A DNA stretch of 64,000 nucleotides from assembly GCA_902492995.1 (NCBI GenBank), contig CABUNR010000002.1:22561-86560 (forward strand), in the 5' to 3' direction. Shown in pieces: positions 9,643 to 22,726 of the stretch; positions within the stretch are counted from its first letter, which is position 1, and each line of letters opens with the position of its first letter. Below the pieces are notes generated by a model. That model made no database searches. It saw only the letters and a list, made by a program, of their open reading frames with translations, and was not told where the DNA came from. The position numbers and the translations under genes were made by a program. This DNA is from an uncultured Bacillota bacterium (lineage in GTDB: Bacteria; Bacillota_I; Bacilli_A; RF39; UBA660).

Positions 9643-10464
9643 ATGTATAAAATAATCATATTGATATTAAAAGGATTTCTAATTGGAATAGGAAAAATAA
9701 TACCAGGTGTGAGTGGTAGTTTAATCGCACTTAATTTAGGTTTATATGAAAGAGGAATTTATGCTATAAGTAATTTTTTTAAAGATGTTAAAAATAATTT
9801 AATTTTTTTAGGGACAATTGGTATAGGAATTTTATCTGCTATAATTATTGGAAGTAAAGTTATTGATTATGCTTTATTTAAATATTATGAATTTACAATG
9901 TTTTTATTTTTAGGATTAATAGTAGCAACGGTCCCTCAAACATTAAAAAACGTAAATTTTAAAAATAAAAGTGAAAAATACATTTTTTTATTATTTTTTA
10001 TTATAGTATTTGGATTATATTTTTTAAAGAACAATAATAATTATATATATAGTAATACACTAAAAGATAATTTATATGTTATTTTAGTAGGATTTATAGA
10101 TGCACTTACAATGATTATTCCAGGAATAAGTGGAACTGTAACGTTTATGCTTATGGGATGTTATGAGTTTTTTTTATCAATTTTTTCATCATTAACGGAT
10201 ATAAATAATATATTAAAAAATTTAAAAATAATAATTTTATTTATATTAGGATTATTAGTAGGTATTATATTAATTACAAAATTAATGCATTATCTTTTAA
10301 ATAAAAAAGGAAAAATAATATATCCAATAATAACAGCATTTTCCATATCATCAATATTTATTTTATTTATAGATGTAATTAAAAGTTGTCAAAATATAAA
10401 AGATATAATAATTGGTATATTTACATTTTTAATTAGTTTTAAAATAGTAAAAAATTATAATTAA
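9643..10464 (+). CDS. DUF368-family polytopic membrane protein (candidate undecaprenyl-phosphate translocase-type)
   Basis: Duplicated PGVSGS / PGISGT motifs in a 273-aa multi-TM protein, characteristic of DUF368. Confidence 0.55.
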   Translation: MYKIIILILKGFLIGIGKIIPGVSGSLIALNLGLYERGIYAISNFFKDVKNNLIFLGTIGIGILSAIIIGSKVIDYALFKYYEFTMFLFLGLIVATVPQTLKNVNFKNKSEKYIFLLFFIIVFGLYFLKNNNNYIYSNTLKDNLYVILVGFIDALTMIIPGISGTVTFMLMGCYEFFLSIFSSLTDINNILKNLKIIILFILGLLVGIILITKLMHYLLNKKGKIIYPIITAFSISSIFILFIDVIKSCQNIKDIIIGIFTFLISFKIVKNYN

Positions 10465-10510
10465 AGTAATAAAAATAAAAAAAATATATATAATTAATTG
10501 AGGTGGTATA

Positions 10511-10825
10511 ATGAGGGAATTACCAAAAGTATTTGCAAATAAAATAGATAAAAAAATAGAAAACAATGAAGTATATTGTATTTCTAAAAATGAAGAAAAA
10601 ATAGAAAAAAAAGAAAATAAATTTAAAATAGAAAAAAATATAAATGAAAAAATAAATGAGATATTTTCATCTCCAAGATATGTATATAAAGCAGATGTTT
10701 TAATAACAACAAATGATGCAATTTTAAAAAAAAGAATAATAGGAAAAAATGGAAATAATTTAATTACTATGGAAAATGAACTTATAAATATTGAAAGTAT
10801 AAAAGATATAAAATTTGATGAATAA
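10511..10825 (+). CDS. Hypothetical K/E-rich small protein
   Basis: 104-aa ORF with RBS ggtggt; ends at a bidirectional terminator. Confidence 0.35.
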   Translation: MRELPKVFANKIDKKIENNEVYCISKNEEKIEKKENKFKIEKNINEKINEIFSSPRYVYKADVLITTNDAILKKRIIGKNGNNLITMENELINIESIKDIKFDE

Positions 10826-10856
10826 AAAAACTTCAAAAATTGAAGCTTTTTTATTT
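10825..10856. terminator. Bidirectional terminator between convergent genes
   Basis: Hairpin cttcaa-aaa-ttgaag flanked by an A-run and a T-run. Confidence 0.6.
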
Positions 10857-11307
10857 ATATGCATTCAACACAAGTATCATTTAAACATCTAAGTGCACAT
10901 ACACATTGTAAATTCATTGTGAAGAAAGAATTTGTAGCTATATAAGGTATAGTATCAACCTCAGTTTGATCAGTATTAGGTGCTAAAACTCTAAAAGTAG
11001 CACAATTACCATCAATTTTTTCTACTCTAAATACATTTGATGTAGTAGTTTCATTAGGAATTTTACTTATAGGCATACTCCAAGCAACACCATTACCAGA
11101 ACATGTATATAACATAATTGGTCTTGTGTTACAACTTAAACATGTTGTTGAATTTCCTAAAAATCCTTTATCACAAGTGTCAAGACATGTGTCACCACAG
11201 CAACTTGCATTATGTTGTAGTATATTTATTACTGTTAATATTTCAGCTATGCATTTACAATCATTATTTTCATTACACATATAATCCACCCCTTCTTTTA
11301 TATTCAA
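10855..11307 (-). CDS. Cysteine-rich spore coat/exosporium protein of the CotY/CotZ (ExsY) family
   Basis: 150 aa with about 20 Cys. NVFRVEKIDGNCATFRVL and QCVCALRCLND closely parallel the B. subtilis CotZ stretches FFRVERVHGSCATL and CFCAINCLNP. Confidence 0.65.
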   Translation of the reverse strand: MNIKEGVDYMCNENNDCKCIAEILTVINILQHNASCCGDTCLDTCDKGFLGNSTTCLSCNTRPIMLYTCSGNGVAWSMPISKIPNETTTSNVFRVEKIDGNCATFRVLAPNTDQTEVDTIPYIATNSFFTMNLQCVCALRCLNDTCVECI

Positions 11308-11449
11308 TATAACATATTCAAAAATGACAAAAGGGTGTGAATAAAAAACCTATAAATTAATTAAGTTATATAAATTATAATTATTTAAATTAATAAATAA
11401 AAATACAAAAAATTAAATAAATAATGTATAATATATATAGGGTGATTAT

Positions 11450-14594
<3,145 letters not shown>

Positions 14595-14711
14595 AATTAG
14601 ATTATAAATATATATATTTTACAAATATTTACACAAAAATACCTTAAAAAACAACAAAAAGCTTGGAAAATAAGAAAAATATGATAAAATGATAATAGGA
14701 GGAATATTTTT

Positions 14712-16319
14712 ATGATGGAAATAGAAGAAATGTTAAATGAAAATGGAGAATTTAATTTAGACAAAATACAGATCCTTTTAGATGAATTGGTTTACTCTTT
14801 TGATATTAATGAAGAAAATAAAGAAGATTTAAAACAATATAAAGAAGATACAAATATGTATGTAAAACTATATAATGAATATAATAGAAAAATGCCAGAA
14901 ATTGCTTTATTAATTAAGGGTACGGAAGATAAAATAGATGCTTTAAATCAAAAACAACAAAGATTAAATGGTAGAATATCAAAAAGAGATTTTGAAGAAA
15001 AAGCAAGCTTAGAAAAACAATTAAACGATTTAAAGAAAGAATATCAAGAAACAAGAGATAATAAAAAGGAAGCAAAAAGAGGCTATAATGAAACAAAAGC
15101 AAAATATGAAGAATTAGTAGTGGTTAATAAAGAAGGTCAAGCAAAAAAAGAACATGAAAAATATGCTTCAATGTTAGAAAATATTTGTAAATATTGTTTA
15201 TCTGAAAAGCAAAAATTAGAAAATGAAATTACAAAAATAAGAGAAAATATTAATTATTACAATGAAAAGTTGAACCAAATAGATATTGGTGATCGTGGTC
15301 AATTATTAGAAATAAATAATAATATTAAAAAAGAAAATGAAGAATTACAACAAGCAATAGAAAAATTAGTAACATTAAGTCCTCATTATGATAAAGTTAT
15401 AGAAATGATTGCAAAATCAGATGAATATCAAGGTACAGTTTCAAAAGATATTGTAACAGAATTAAAACAACAATTAGAAGAAGAAGCAAAAGAAATAAAA
15501 GAACCAACAGTGGAAGAGCCAACAGTAGAAGAACCAACAAAAGAAGAACCAACAGTGGAAGAAACAACAGTAGAAGAACCAACAGTGGAAGAAACAACAG
15601 TAGAAGAACCAACAGTAGAAGAACCAAAAGTGGAAGAACCAACAGTAGAAGAACCAACAGTGGAAGAACCAACAGTGGAAGAACCAACAGTAGAAGAACC
15701 AACAGTAGAAGAACCAACAGTAGAAGAGCCAACAGTAGAAGAACCAACAGTAGAAGAACCAACAGTAGAAGAACCAACAGTGGAAGAGCCAACAGTAGAA
15801 GAACCAACAGTGGAAGAACCAACAGTGGAAGAACCAAAAGTGGAAGAACCAAAAGTAGAAGAACCAAAATCATATAGTGAACGTTTAGAAGCACTAGCTA
15901 AAGAAGCACCTTTATTTAAAGATGAATCAAGAATTGACCCAAATCATAGTTATATGTCATATCAAAATGCAAGTAACTTAGGGTATGTAAATAATGGAAC
16001 CATAGAAATGCCACAACCAGAACCACAAAAAAATGAAGAAAAAGTCGGATTTTTTGAAAGAATAAAAGAAAAATTTACAAAAGAAGATAAAAAAGAAGAC
16101 ACTAACGTAAGAGAAGATGAAAATATTTCAAATGAAATTTATGGAACAGAACAACCACAAAATATTGAAGATCCAAATGAAATAGTAAATATTGATTATG
16201 TTCCAGAAACACTAAAAGAAAAAATAGAATATAAAGTTTGTAAATTTATGCTTCCACCAGAAAAATTTGATGAATGGTTAGCAACAAAAAGTAATCAAAC
16301 AGAATCAATGGTAAGATAA
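14712..16319 (+). CDS. Coiled-coil protein with an internal EEPTV pentapeptide tandem-repeat region
   Basis: N-terminal 250 aa K/E-rich coiled-coil, about 24 EEPTV repeats, then a C-terminal 150 aa. Confidence 0.6.
   Translation: MMEIEEMLNENGEFNLDKIQILLDELVYSFDINEENKEDLKQYKEDTNMYVKLYNEYNRKMPEIALLIKGTEDKIDALNQKQQRLNGRISKRDFEEKASLEKQLNDLKKEYQETRDNKKEAKRGYNETKAKYEELVVVNKEGQAKKEHEKYASMLENICKYCLSEKQKLENEITKIRENINYYNEKLNQIDIGDRGQLLEINNNIKKENEELQQAIEKLVTLSPHYDKVIEMIAKSDEYQGTVSKDIVTELKQQLEEEAKEIKEPTVEEPTVEEPTKEEPTVEETTVEEPTVEETTVEEPTVEEPKVEEPTVEEPTVEEPTVEEPTVEEPTVEEPTVEEPTVEEPTVEEPTVEEPTVEEPTVEEPTVEEPTVEEPKVEEPKVEEPKSYSERLEALAKEAPLFKDESRIDPNHSYMSYQNASNLGYVNNGTIEMPQPEPQKNEEKVGFFERIKEKFTKEDKKEDTNVREDENISNEIYGTEQPQNIEDPNEIVNIDYVPETLKEKIEYKVCKFMLPPEKFDEWLATKSNQTESMVR
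15501..15866 (+). repeat. Tandem 15-bp repeat array (gaaccaacagtRgaa, about 24 copies) encoding EEPTV
   Basis: Directly visible in the sequence; copies differ at synonymous sites (gtggaa/gtagaa, gaagaa/gaagag) plus T-to-K and P-to-T variants. Confidence 0.9.
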
Positions 16320-16332
16320 AAGGGGAAATAAT

Positions 16333-16563
16333 ATGGATATAAAGAATAAAATAGTGGAATTAAAAAACGGTGAAAAATATGTTGTTGCAGATAGTATAAC
16401 ATATTCAAATAGAACATTCTTACTTGTAGGTAAACTATTAGGTGAGGAAATAGATACATTAGAAATATGCGAATTAGTAGGTAAAAAAATTGAAAAAATA
16501 TTAGATGAAGAATTATCAGAAAATTTAAAACAAATATTCGCAATGAATTTAGAAATAAACTAG
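16333..16563 (+). CDS. DUF1292-like small acidic protein
   Basis: 76 aa; N-terminal pattern I.EL.NGEKYVV...R.FLLVG.L resembles the DUF1292 family. Confidence 0.4.
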   Translation: MDIKNKIVELKNGEKYVVADSITYSNRTFLLVGKLLGEEIDTLEICELVGKKIEKILDEELSENLKQIFAMNLEIN

Positions 16564-16580
16564 AAATAGTTTATTTTTTT
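16550..16580 (+). terminator. Rho-independent terminator
   Basis: Hairpin aaataaacta-gaa-atagtttattt followed by a T-run. Confidence 0.55.
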
Positions 16581-16666
16581 GTAATTTACTTGTAAAGAAG
16601 TGTAAAAAAATATATAAATTATTGACTCAGATATTTTAAAATGAAATAATTATAATAGGTGATAAT

Positions 16667-18886
16667 ATGGAAGAATGGATAAATTTTAAAGAAGGAAAAT
16701 GGTGCAATGAAATAAATGTAAAAAATTTTATTGATTTAAATTATACATATTATATGGAAGATGAATCATTTTTAGTCAAACCAACTGATAAAACAAAAAA
16801 GGTATGGAATAAATGTACAGAATTATTAAAAGAAGAACTAAAAAAAGGTGTATTAGATATTGATGTTGACCATGTGTCAGGAATAAATAATTTTGAACCT
16901 GGATATATAGATAAAGAAAATGAAGTAATAGTAGGATTGCAAACAGATAAGCCTCTTAAAAGAATGATTAATCCATTTGGTGGAATAAGAATGGTTTATA
17001 ATTCCCTTAATGCATATAATTATAAATTAAATCCAAATATAGAAAAATATTTTAGTATGTTTAGAAAAACACATAATGACGGAGTTTTTGATGCATATAC
17101 AAGCGAAATGCGCTTAGCACGTAAAGTAGGATTATTAACAGGACTTCCAGATGCATATGGAAGAGGAAGAATAATAGGAGACTATAGAAGAGTAGCTTTA
17201 TACGGAATAGATTATTTAATTAAAGAAAAACAAAAAGATAAAGACAAAATAGTAGAAATGACAGAAGATAATATCAGACTTAGAGAAGAAGTAGCATCAC
17301 AAATAAAAGCTTTAGAAGATATGAAGTTAATGGCGTTAAAATATGGTTATGATATATCAAAACCAGCTAAAGATGCAAAAGAAGCGATTCAGTGGTTATA
17401 TTTTGGTTATCTAGCTGCAGTAAAAGAAAATAATGGCGCAGCAATGAGTTTAGGAAGAGTAGATTCATTTATAGATATATATATTAAAAGAGATTTAGAT
17501 AATAAAACTTTAACAGAAGAACAAGCTCAAGAACTAATAGATCAATTTATAATAAAATTAAGATTAGTAAGACATTTAAGAACACCAGAATATGATAGTT
17601 TATTTTCAGGAGATCCAACTTGGGTAACATGTTCTATAGGTGGAATAGGCGAAAATAATATGCCACTAGTTACTAAAACAAGTTATAGAATTATAAATAC
17701 ATTATCTAATTTAGATACAGCCCCAGAGCCAAATATGACCATATTATGGAGTGATAAACTACCAGATACATTTAAAAAATATTGTGCTAAAATGAGCATT
17801 TTAACAGATGCAATTCAATATGAAAATGATGAGCTAATGAGACCAATTCATGGAACTGATTATGCAATTGCATGCTGTGTATCAGCAATGACTTTAGGAA
17901 AACAAATGCAATATTTTGGAGCAAGATGTAATTTAGCAAAAGCACTTTTATATTCTATAAATGGCGGTATAGATGAAGTAAAAAGAATAAAAGTACTAGA
18001 TATAGAAAAAATAGATGATGAAATCCTTAATTATGAAAAGGTAAAAAAATCATATTTTAAAGTACTAGAATATGTTGCTAAATTATATAGTGATACTATG
18101 AATATAATACATTTCATGCATGATAAATATGCATATGAAGCAGGCCAAATGGCACTACATGATACAAATGTAGAAAGATTAATGGCATATGGAGTAGCAG
18201 GACTTTCAGTAGTAGCTGACTCTTTATCAGCAATAAAATATGCAAAAGTAAAGCCAATAAGGGATAATGATGGAATAACAACTGATTTTATAATAGAGGG
18301 TAATTTTCCAAAATATGGAAATGATGATGATAAAGTAGATAATATAGCAAAAGAAGTCCTAGAAAAATTTTATAGTGAACTTTCAAAGCATAAGCCAATA
18401 AGAAATGCATATCCAACACTTTCAGTACTAACAATAACATCAAATGTTGTATATGGAGAAAAAACAGGAGCAACACCAGATGGAAGAAAAGAAAAAATGC
18501 CATTCGCACCAGGAGCAAATCCAATGCACAATAGGGATTTAAATGGAGCAATCGCATCACTAAACTCTGTTGCTAAACTTGATTATATAAAATGCTGTAG
18601 AGATGGAATATCAAATACATTTTCAATCATTCCTAGTGCACTAGGGAAAGAAATAAATGAACAAAAAGATAACTTAGTATCTTTATTAGATGGATATTTT
18701 AGTCAAAAAGCACATCATATAAATGTTAATGTTTTAAATAGAGAAATGCTTATAGATGCTATGAATAATCCAGAAAAATATCCTCTTTTAACAATAAGAG
18801 TATCTGGTTATGCTGTAAGATTTAATAGATTAACAAAAATACAACAACAAGAAGTAATTAGTAGGACATTCCATGAAAAATTATAG
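16667..18886 (+). CDS. pflB: Formate C-acetyltransferase (pyruvate formate-lyase)
   Basis: 739 aa; glycyl-radical motif RVSGYAVRF near the C-terminus, active-site Cys pair in IACCVSAM. Confidence 0.95.
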   Translation: MEEWINFKEGKWCNEINVKNFIDLNYTYYMEDESFLVKPTDKTKKVWNKCTELLKEELKKGVLDIDVDHVSGINNFEPGYIDKENEVIVGLQTDKPLKRMINPFGGIRMVYNSLNAYNYKLNPNIEKYFSMFRKTHNDGVFDAYTSEMRLARKVGLLTGLPDAYGRGRIIGDYRRVALYGIDYLIKEKQKDKDKIVEMTEDNIRLREEVASQIKALEDMKLMALKYGYDISKPAKDAKEAIQWLYFGYLAAVKENNGAAMSLGRVDSFIDIYIKRDLDNKTLTEEQAQELIDQFIIKLRLVRHLRTPEYDSLFSGDPTWVTCSIGGIGENNMPLVTKTSYRIINTLSNLDTAPEPNMTILWSDKLPDTFKKYCAKMSILTDAIQYENDELMRPIHGTDYAIACCVSAMTLGKQMQYFGARCNLAKALLYSINGGIDEVKRIKVLDIEKIDDEILNYEKVKKSYFKVLEYVAKLYSDTMNIIHFMHDKYAYEAGQMALHDTNVERLMAYGVAGLSVVADSLSAIKYAKVKPIRDNDGITTDFIIEGNFPKYGNDDDKVDNIAKEVLEKFYSELSKHKPIRNAYPTLSVLTITSNVVYGEKTGATPDGRKEKMPFAPGANPMHNRDLNGAIASLNSVAKLDYIKCCRDGISNTFSIIPSALGKEINEQKDNLVSLLDGYFSQKAHHINVNVLNREMLIDAMNNPEKYPLLTIRVSGYAVRFNRLTKIQQQEVISRTFHEKL

Positions 18887-19583
18887 TGCAAGTATAGATT
18901 CGGTAGAATCATTTTCAACTAAAGATGGACCAGGAATTAGAAGTGTTATATTTTTTAATGGTTGTAAATTAAGATGCTTATTTTGTCATAATCCAGAAAC
19001 TTGGTTAAAAAAAGAAAATAATATTACAGTAGAAGAATTATATAAAAAAATACTGAGATTTAAACCATATTATAATAAAAATGGTGGAGTAACATTTTCT
19101 GGAGGAGAACCATTGTTACATAAAGATTTTATAATAGAGTTATCCAAATTATTAAAAAAAGAAAATATAAATATAGCTCTTGATACAGCTGGTGTTGGAA
19201 TAGGAAACTATGAAGAAATTTTAAATTATATAGATCTAGTAATATTAGATATAAAAGATTATAGAAACTTAGAATATGAAAAAATAACCAATTATAAAAT
19301 AGATGAATTTAATAAATTTAAAAAAATATTAAATGAATCAAATAAAAATGTTTGGATTAGACAAGTTATAGTACCAGGAATAAATGATAATATAGAATAT
19401 ATATTAGGTTTAAAAGAATACCTTAAAACAATAAAAAATATAAAAAAAACAGAATTACTTCCATATCATAATATGGCAATAGAAAAATATAAAAAATTAA
19501 ATATTGAATATAAATTAAAAGATGTAGAACAAATGGATATAGAAAAATGTAAAAAATTAGAAGAAATTTTAAATCAAATGTAG
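18873..19583 (+). CDS. pflA: Pyruvate formate-lyase activating enzyme (radical SAM)
   Basis: N-terminal [33 protein letters not shown], i.e. the CxxxCxxC radical-SAM motif plus the glycine-rich PflA signature; overlaps the pflB end by 14 nt. Confidence 0.9.
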   Translation: MKNYSASIDSVESFSTKDGPGIRSVIFFNGCKLRCLFCHNPETWLKKENNITVEELYKKILRFKPYYNKNGGVTFSGGEPLLHKDFIIELSKLLKKENINIALDTAGVGIGNYEEILNYIDLVILDIKDYRNLEYEKITNYKIDEFNKFKKILNESNKNVWIRQVIVPGINDNIEYILGLKEYLKTIKNIKKTELLPYHNMAIEKYKKLNIEYKLKDVEQMDIEKCKKLEEILNQM

Positions 19584-19597
19584 ATTGGAGGATATAA

Positions 19598-20287
19598 ATG
19601 GATGAAGTAAAAATAGTAAAACAATACTTAGAAAATTTAGATGAAATAGAAAAAAAAGCCATAATTAATGGTTCAGAAAGAATAAAAGATGAAATAATAA
19701 AAAATATATCAAAAAAAATAGTAGAAAAATCATATGATATAAAAAATTGTGCTCAATTAAATGAAAAAGAAATAGAAGAAAAAATTTCTTCATCAGTAGA
19801 TAAAATAGTTAAAAGTTACCATGATGAAATACATTCATATATAGTAATAGAAAACCAAAAAATAAATGAATCAATGAAAAATAATGGACAAGAACTAACT
19901 GTAAATACTGATAAATTAAAAGAAGATTTATCATCAGCAGTAAAATATAAAAATATAAAAAGTGATCCAGATATTTTAAAAGAAATGGTAACAAGAGTAA
20001 ATTCACACATAGCTTTTAAAAATAAAAATAATAATATGTATTATATAACAAAAGATCAAATAGAATCATTTGTTAGACAAGAGTTAACGACAAAAACAAC
20101 TATATTAGAAACAGAGTTAACAAGTTTATATGATTTAGTTTTAAAACAACTTAACAATGAAAGACTTAATTTATTAGAAAATATTGCAAAACAAAAAAAT
20201 CAACAAAATATACAAAACGTTGTTTCAGGAAGTTTAGAAGCAATACTAGATGAACCATATGAAGATGAAAATGTAAAAAGATTTTAA
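19598..20287 (+). CDS. Hypothetical K/E-rich coiled-coil protein
   Basis: 229-aa ORF with RBS ggagga directly after pflA. Confidence 0.35.
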   Translation: MDEVKIVKQYLENLDEIEKKAIINGSERIKDEIIKNISKKIVEKSYDIKNCAQLNEKEIEEKISSSVDKIVKSYHDEIHSYIVIENQKINESMKNNGQELTVNTDKLKEDLSSAVKYKNIKSDPDILKEMVTRVNSHIAFKNKNNNMYYITKDQIESFVRQELTTKTTILETELTSLYDLVLKQLNNERLNLLENIAKQKNQQNIQNVVSGSLEAILDEPYEDENVKRF

Positions 20288-20303
20288 TGAATCTTTTTTT
20301 TAT

Positions 20304-20330
20304 AAAAAAAACTACTATAAGTAGTTTCTA
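20304..20330. terminator. Bidirectional terminator between convergent genes
   Basis: Hairpin aaactact-ataa-agtagttt with flanking A and T runs; overlaps the uppP stop codon. Confidence 0.55.
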
Positions 20331-21143
20331 TAAAAATATAAGTACAAGTAATCCAACTATTAAGCAATAATATACAAAGTAAATTAACTTTCCTTCTTTA
20401 ACAACATTTTTAAACCATTTTGTACCAATATAAGTAAATATAAATGCAACAATCATACTAACTAAATATAAACAAATCATATTTATTGATAAATTTGCAT
20501 CAAATAAATCTTTAAAACCTAGTAATGTAGTAGCAACACTAATTGGAATATATAAAAGAAATGAAAAGTTAAAAGCTGTTTCTCTTTTAAAATTTCTAAA
20601 CATTCCTCCAACTATTGTAGAACCACTTCTACTAATACCAGGAAGTAGTGCTACTACTTGAAATAAACCAACAAATAAGGCATCAAATATAGTTATATCT
20701 TTTTTCTCTTTTTTACCTTTAAAATCTTTAATTAAAAATAAGAATAAAGCGGTTACAAGTAATGTAGCACCAACAAATTTAACATTTTCTTCTAAAGCAT
20801 CAAATAACCCTAATTTTGTAACTACAAGTCCCATAATACCGGCAGGTATTGTAGCTAAAACAATATACCAAGAATATTTATAATTTGTATAATATTTCTT
20901 ATCTTTAGTTTTTAAATATCCAAAGAAACTTTTAAATAAATTAATAATTTCATCTTTAAAAATTAAACAAATAGCTAAAAAACTTCCAAAATTAGTAATA
21001 GTTGCTAAAATACTATAATCAACACTATCAGAACTTCCAATTAATTTTTGAAATATAAGAAGATGCCCACTTGAAGATACAGGAATTGGTTCAGTTATAC
21101 CTTGTATAAACCCTAAAAATATAAATTTAATTAAATCTATCAT
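20328..21143 (-). CDS. uppP: Undecaprenyl-diphosphatase (BacA/UppP)
   Basis: 271-aa polytopic membrane protein with the conserved PGISRSGSTI motif and the N-terminal SSSGHL motif. Confidence 0.85.
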   Translation of the reverse strand: MIDLIKFIFLGFIQGITEPIPVSSSGHLLIFQKLIGSSDSVDYSILATITNFGSFLAICLIFKDEIINLFKSFFGYLKTKDKKYYTNYKYSWYIVLATIPAGIMGLVVTKLGLFDALEENVKFVGATLLVTALFLFLIKDFKGKKEKKDITIFDALFVGLFQVVALLPGISRSGSTIVGGMFRNFKRETAFNFSFLLYIPISVATTLLGFKDLFDANLSINMICLYLVSMIVAFIFTYIGTKWFKNVVKEGKLIYFVYYCLIVGLLVLIFL

Positions 21144-21224
21144 ATAATCACCTTAATACATTATACACTAAAAAAAATTTTTAATAAATAAAAAAATAAT
21201 AAATAATATTAAATAGGTGATAAA

Positions 21225-21449
21225 ATGTATCAAAAAATATTTCTTTTTTTGGTAGGATTTGGTTTAACCATAATAGGATTATTATATATTATAAGTTATT
21301 TAAATTTATTAACAATTGGGTATAATTTTTTATATTATGTTAATTTTATAATTAGAAGAATTGAATGTTTATATGCACCATTAGGGTTAATATTAATATT
21401 TATTTCAATAAATTTAGATAAGGGAGAGGATTATGATCTACATATATGA
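21225..21449 (+). CDS. Small two-TM membrane protein
   Basis: 74-aa hydrophobic ORF. Confidence 0.3.
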   Translation: MYQKIFLFLVGFGLTIIGLLYIISYLNLLTIGYNFLYYVNFIIRRIECLYAPLGLILIFISINLDKGEDYDLHI

Positions 21450-22059
21450 TATATTATTAAACTTTAAGGATGAATTATATGATTTTTATGATTGGAATAA
21501 AAATGATAATATAATACATATTAGAAAAATTCCATTAATAAAAATAAAAGAAAAAGATTTAGTTAATATTAAAAATAATAATGTTAAATTTGATGAGGAA
21601 ACATTAAATCAAATAAAAGATAAAACAGAAATATTTACACCAAAAATATCAAAAAAAATAGAGTATATAACATTATTAAGTGATGGAAATTATGTAATAG
21701 GATTACAAATAGAGGGTAAAAAAATAAAAAAATCCAGTCTTCTAATAGATGAAGAATTAGATATATTAGAAGATGTAAATAATTTGGACTTTATGAATAT
21801 AAATTACAAAATAATAAATAAAGGTATTAATAATGAATTAAAAACAAGAAAGCAAAGAGAAACAGAAAAATTTATAAAAAAGGGAATAAATAAAATAAAA
21901 AATGATGAAGAAAAATTAAAATATCTTTATTATGAATGCTTTGATAAAAAGGAAGAAAACAAAGAAAAAATACTTCATAAAATGCTAAATAATATTAATA
22001 ATTTAGATGTAAATAAAAAAATATATAATTTTTTAAAATTGATAGAAGTATACAAATAA
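21433..22059 (+). CDS. Hypothetical protein
   Basis: 208-aa ORF overlapping the previous one by 17 nt. Confidence 0.35.
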   Translation: MIYIYDILLNFKDELYDFYDWNKNDNIIHIRKIPLIKIKEKDLVNIKNNNVKFDEETLNQIKDKTEIFTPKISKKIEYITLLSDGNYVIGLQIEGKKIKKSSLLIDEELDILEDVNNLDFMNINYKIINKGINNELKTRKQRETEKFIKKGINKIKNDEEKLKYLYYECFDKKEENKEKILHKMLNNINNLDVNKKIYNFLKLIEVYK

Positions 22060-22105
22060 TGTATAAAAATTAGGGTAATGATAATAATAATAACAAGGAG
22101 GTTAT

Positions 22106-22660
22106 ATGAAAAAGGTAATAGTATTTATGTTAGGATTAATTTTAGTAACAGGATGTTCATGTGGTAATACTAATTTAGTGAAAAAAACACCAACTAAAAC
22201 TGTAGAAAACTTCTTTAAAAATTATCAAACATTAGATAGTAGTGTCATAAAACAACTAGATGAAGTAGTTGATAAAAAAACAGAATTTACAGAAGAACAA
22301 AAAAAAGAATATAAAGAACTTATGAAAAAGCATTATAAAGAATTAACATATGAAGTAAAGGATGAAGTAATAGATGGTGATAATGCAACTGTTACAGTTG
22401 AAATAGAAGTAACAGATTATTCAAAAATAATGACAGATGCTGATACTTACTTATCACAAAATCCTAATGAATTTAATAATAGTGAAGGAGTATATGATGT
22501 GACTTTATTTACTAATTATAGATTAGAAAAACTTAAAGAAGCAAAAGATAAAGTAAAATATACTCTTAATTTAACTCTAACAAAAGTTAATGATGAATGG
22601 ATGCTAGATACATTAAGTGATACTGATGAGAGCAAAATTCATGGAACATATGTATATTAA
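22106..22660 (+). CDS. Lipoprotein of unknown function
   Basis: Signal peptide plus lipobox LVTGC; acidic mature domain. Confidence 0.5.
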   Translation: MKKVIVFMLGLILVTGCSCGNTNLVKKTPTKTVENFFKNYQTLDSSVIKQLDEVVDKKTEFTEEQKKEYKELMKKHYKELTYEVKDEVIDGDNATVTVEIEVTDYSKIMTDADTYLSQNPNEFNNSEGVYDVTLFTNYRLEKLKEAKDKVKYTLNLTLTKVNDEWMLDTLSDTDESKIHGTYVY

Positions 22661-22686
22661 AAGATTTTAAAATCTTTTTTTTATTG
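22660..22686 (+). terminator. Rho-independent terminator
   Basis: Hairpin aaagatttt-aaaatcttt followed by a T-run. Confidence 0.6.
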
Positions 22687-22726
22687 AAAATTTATAGTAT
22701 AATTAATAAAGATAGTAGGTGGTTAT

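Noticed and set aside
15501-15866. Possible CRISPR array because of regular short repeats
   Set aside because: The repeats are contiguous with no spacers, 15 bp long and in frame within a protein-coding gene. No cas genes are present.
15397-15894. 165-aa minus-strand poly-Leu ORF
   Set aside because: It is the antisense reading of the EEPTV tandem repeat; its low-complexity LLVLP periodicity mirrors the repeat. The sense ORF has a proper RBS and flanking non-repeat sequence.
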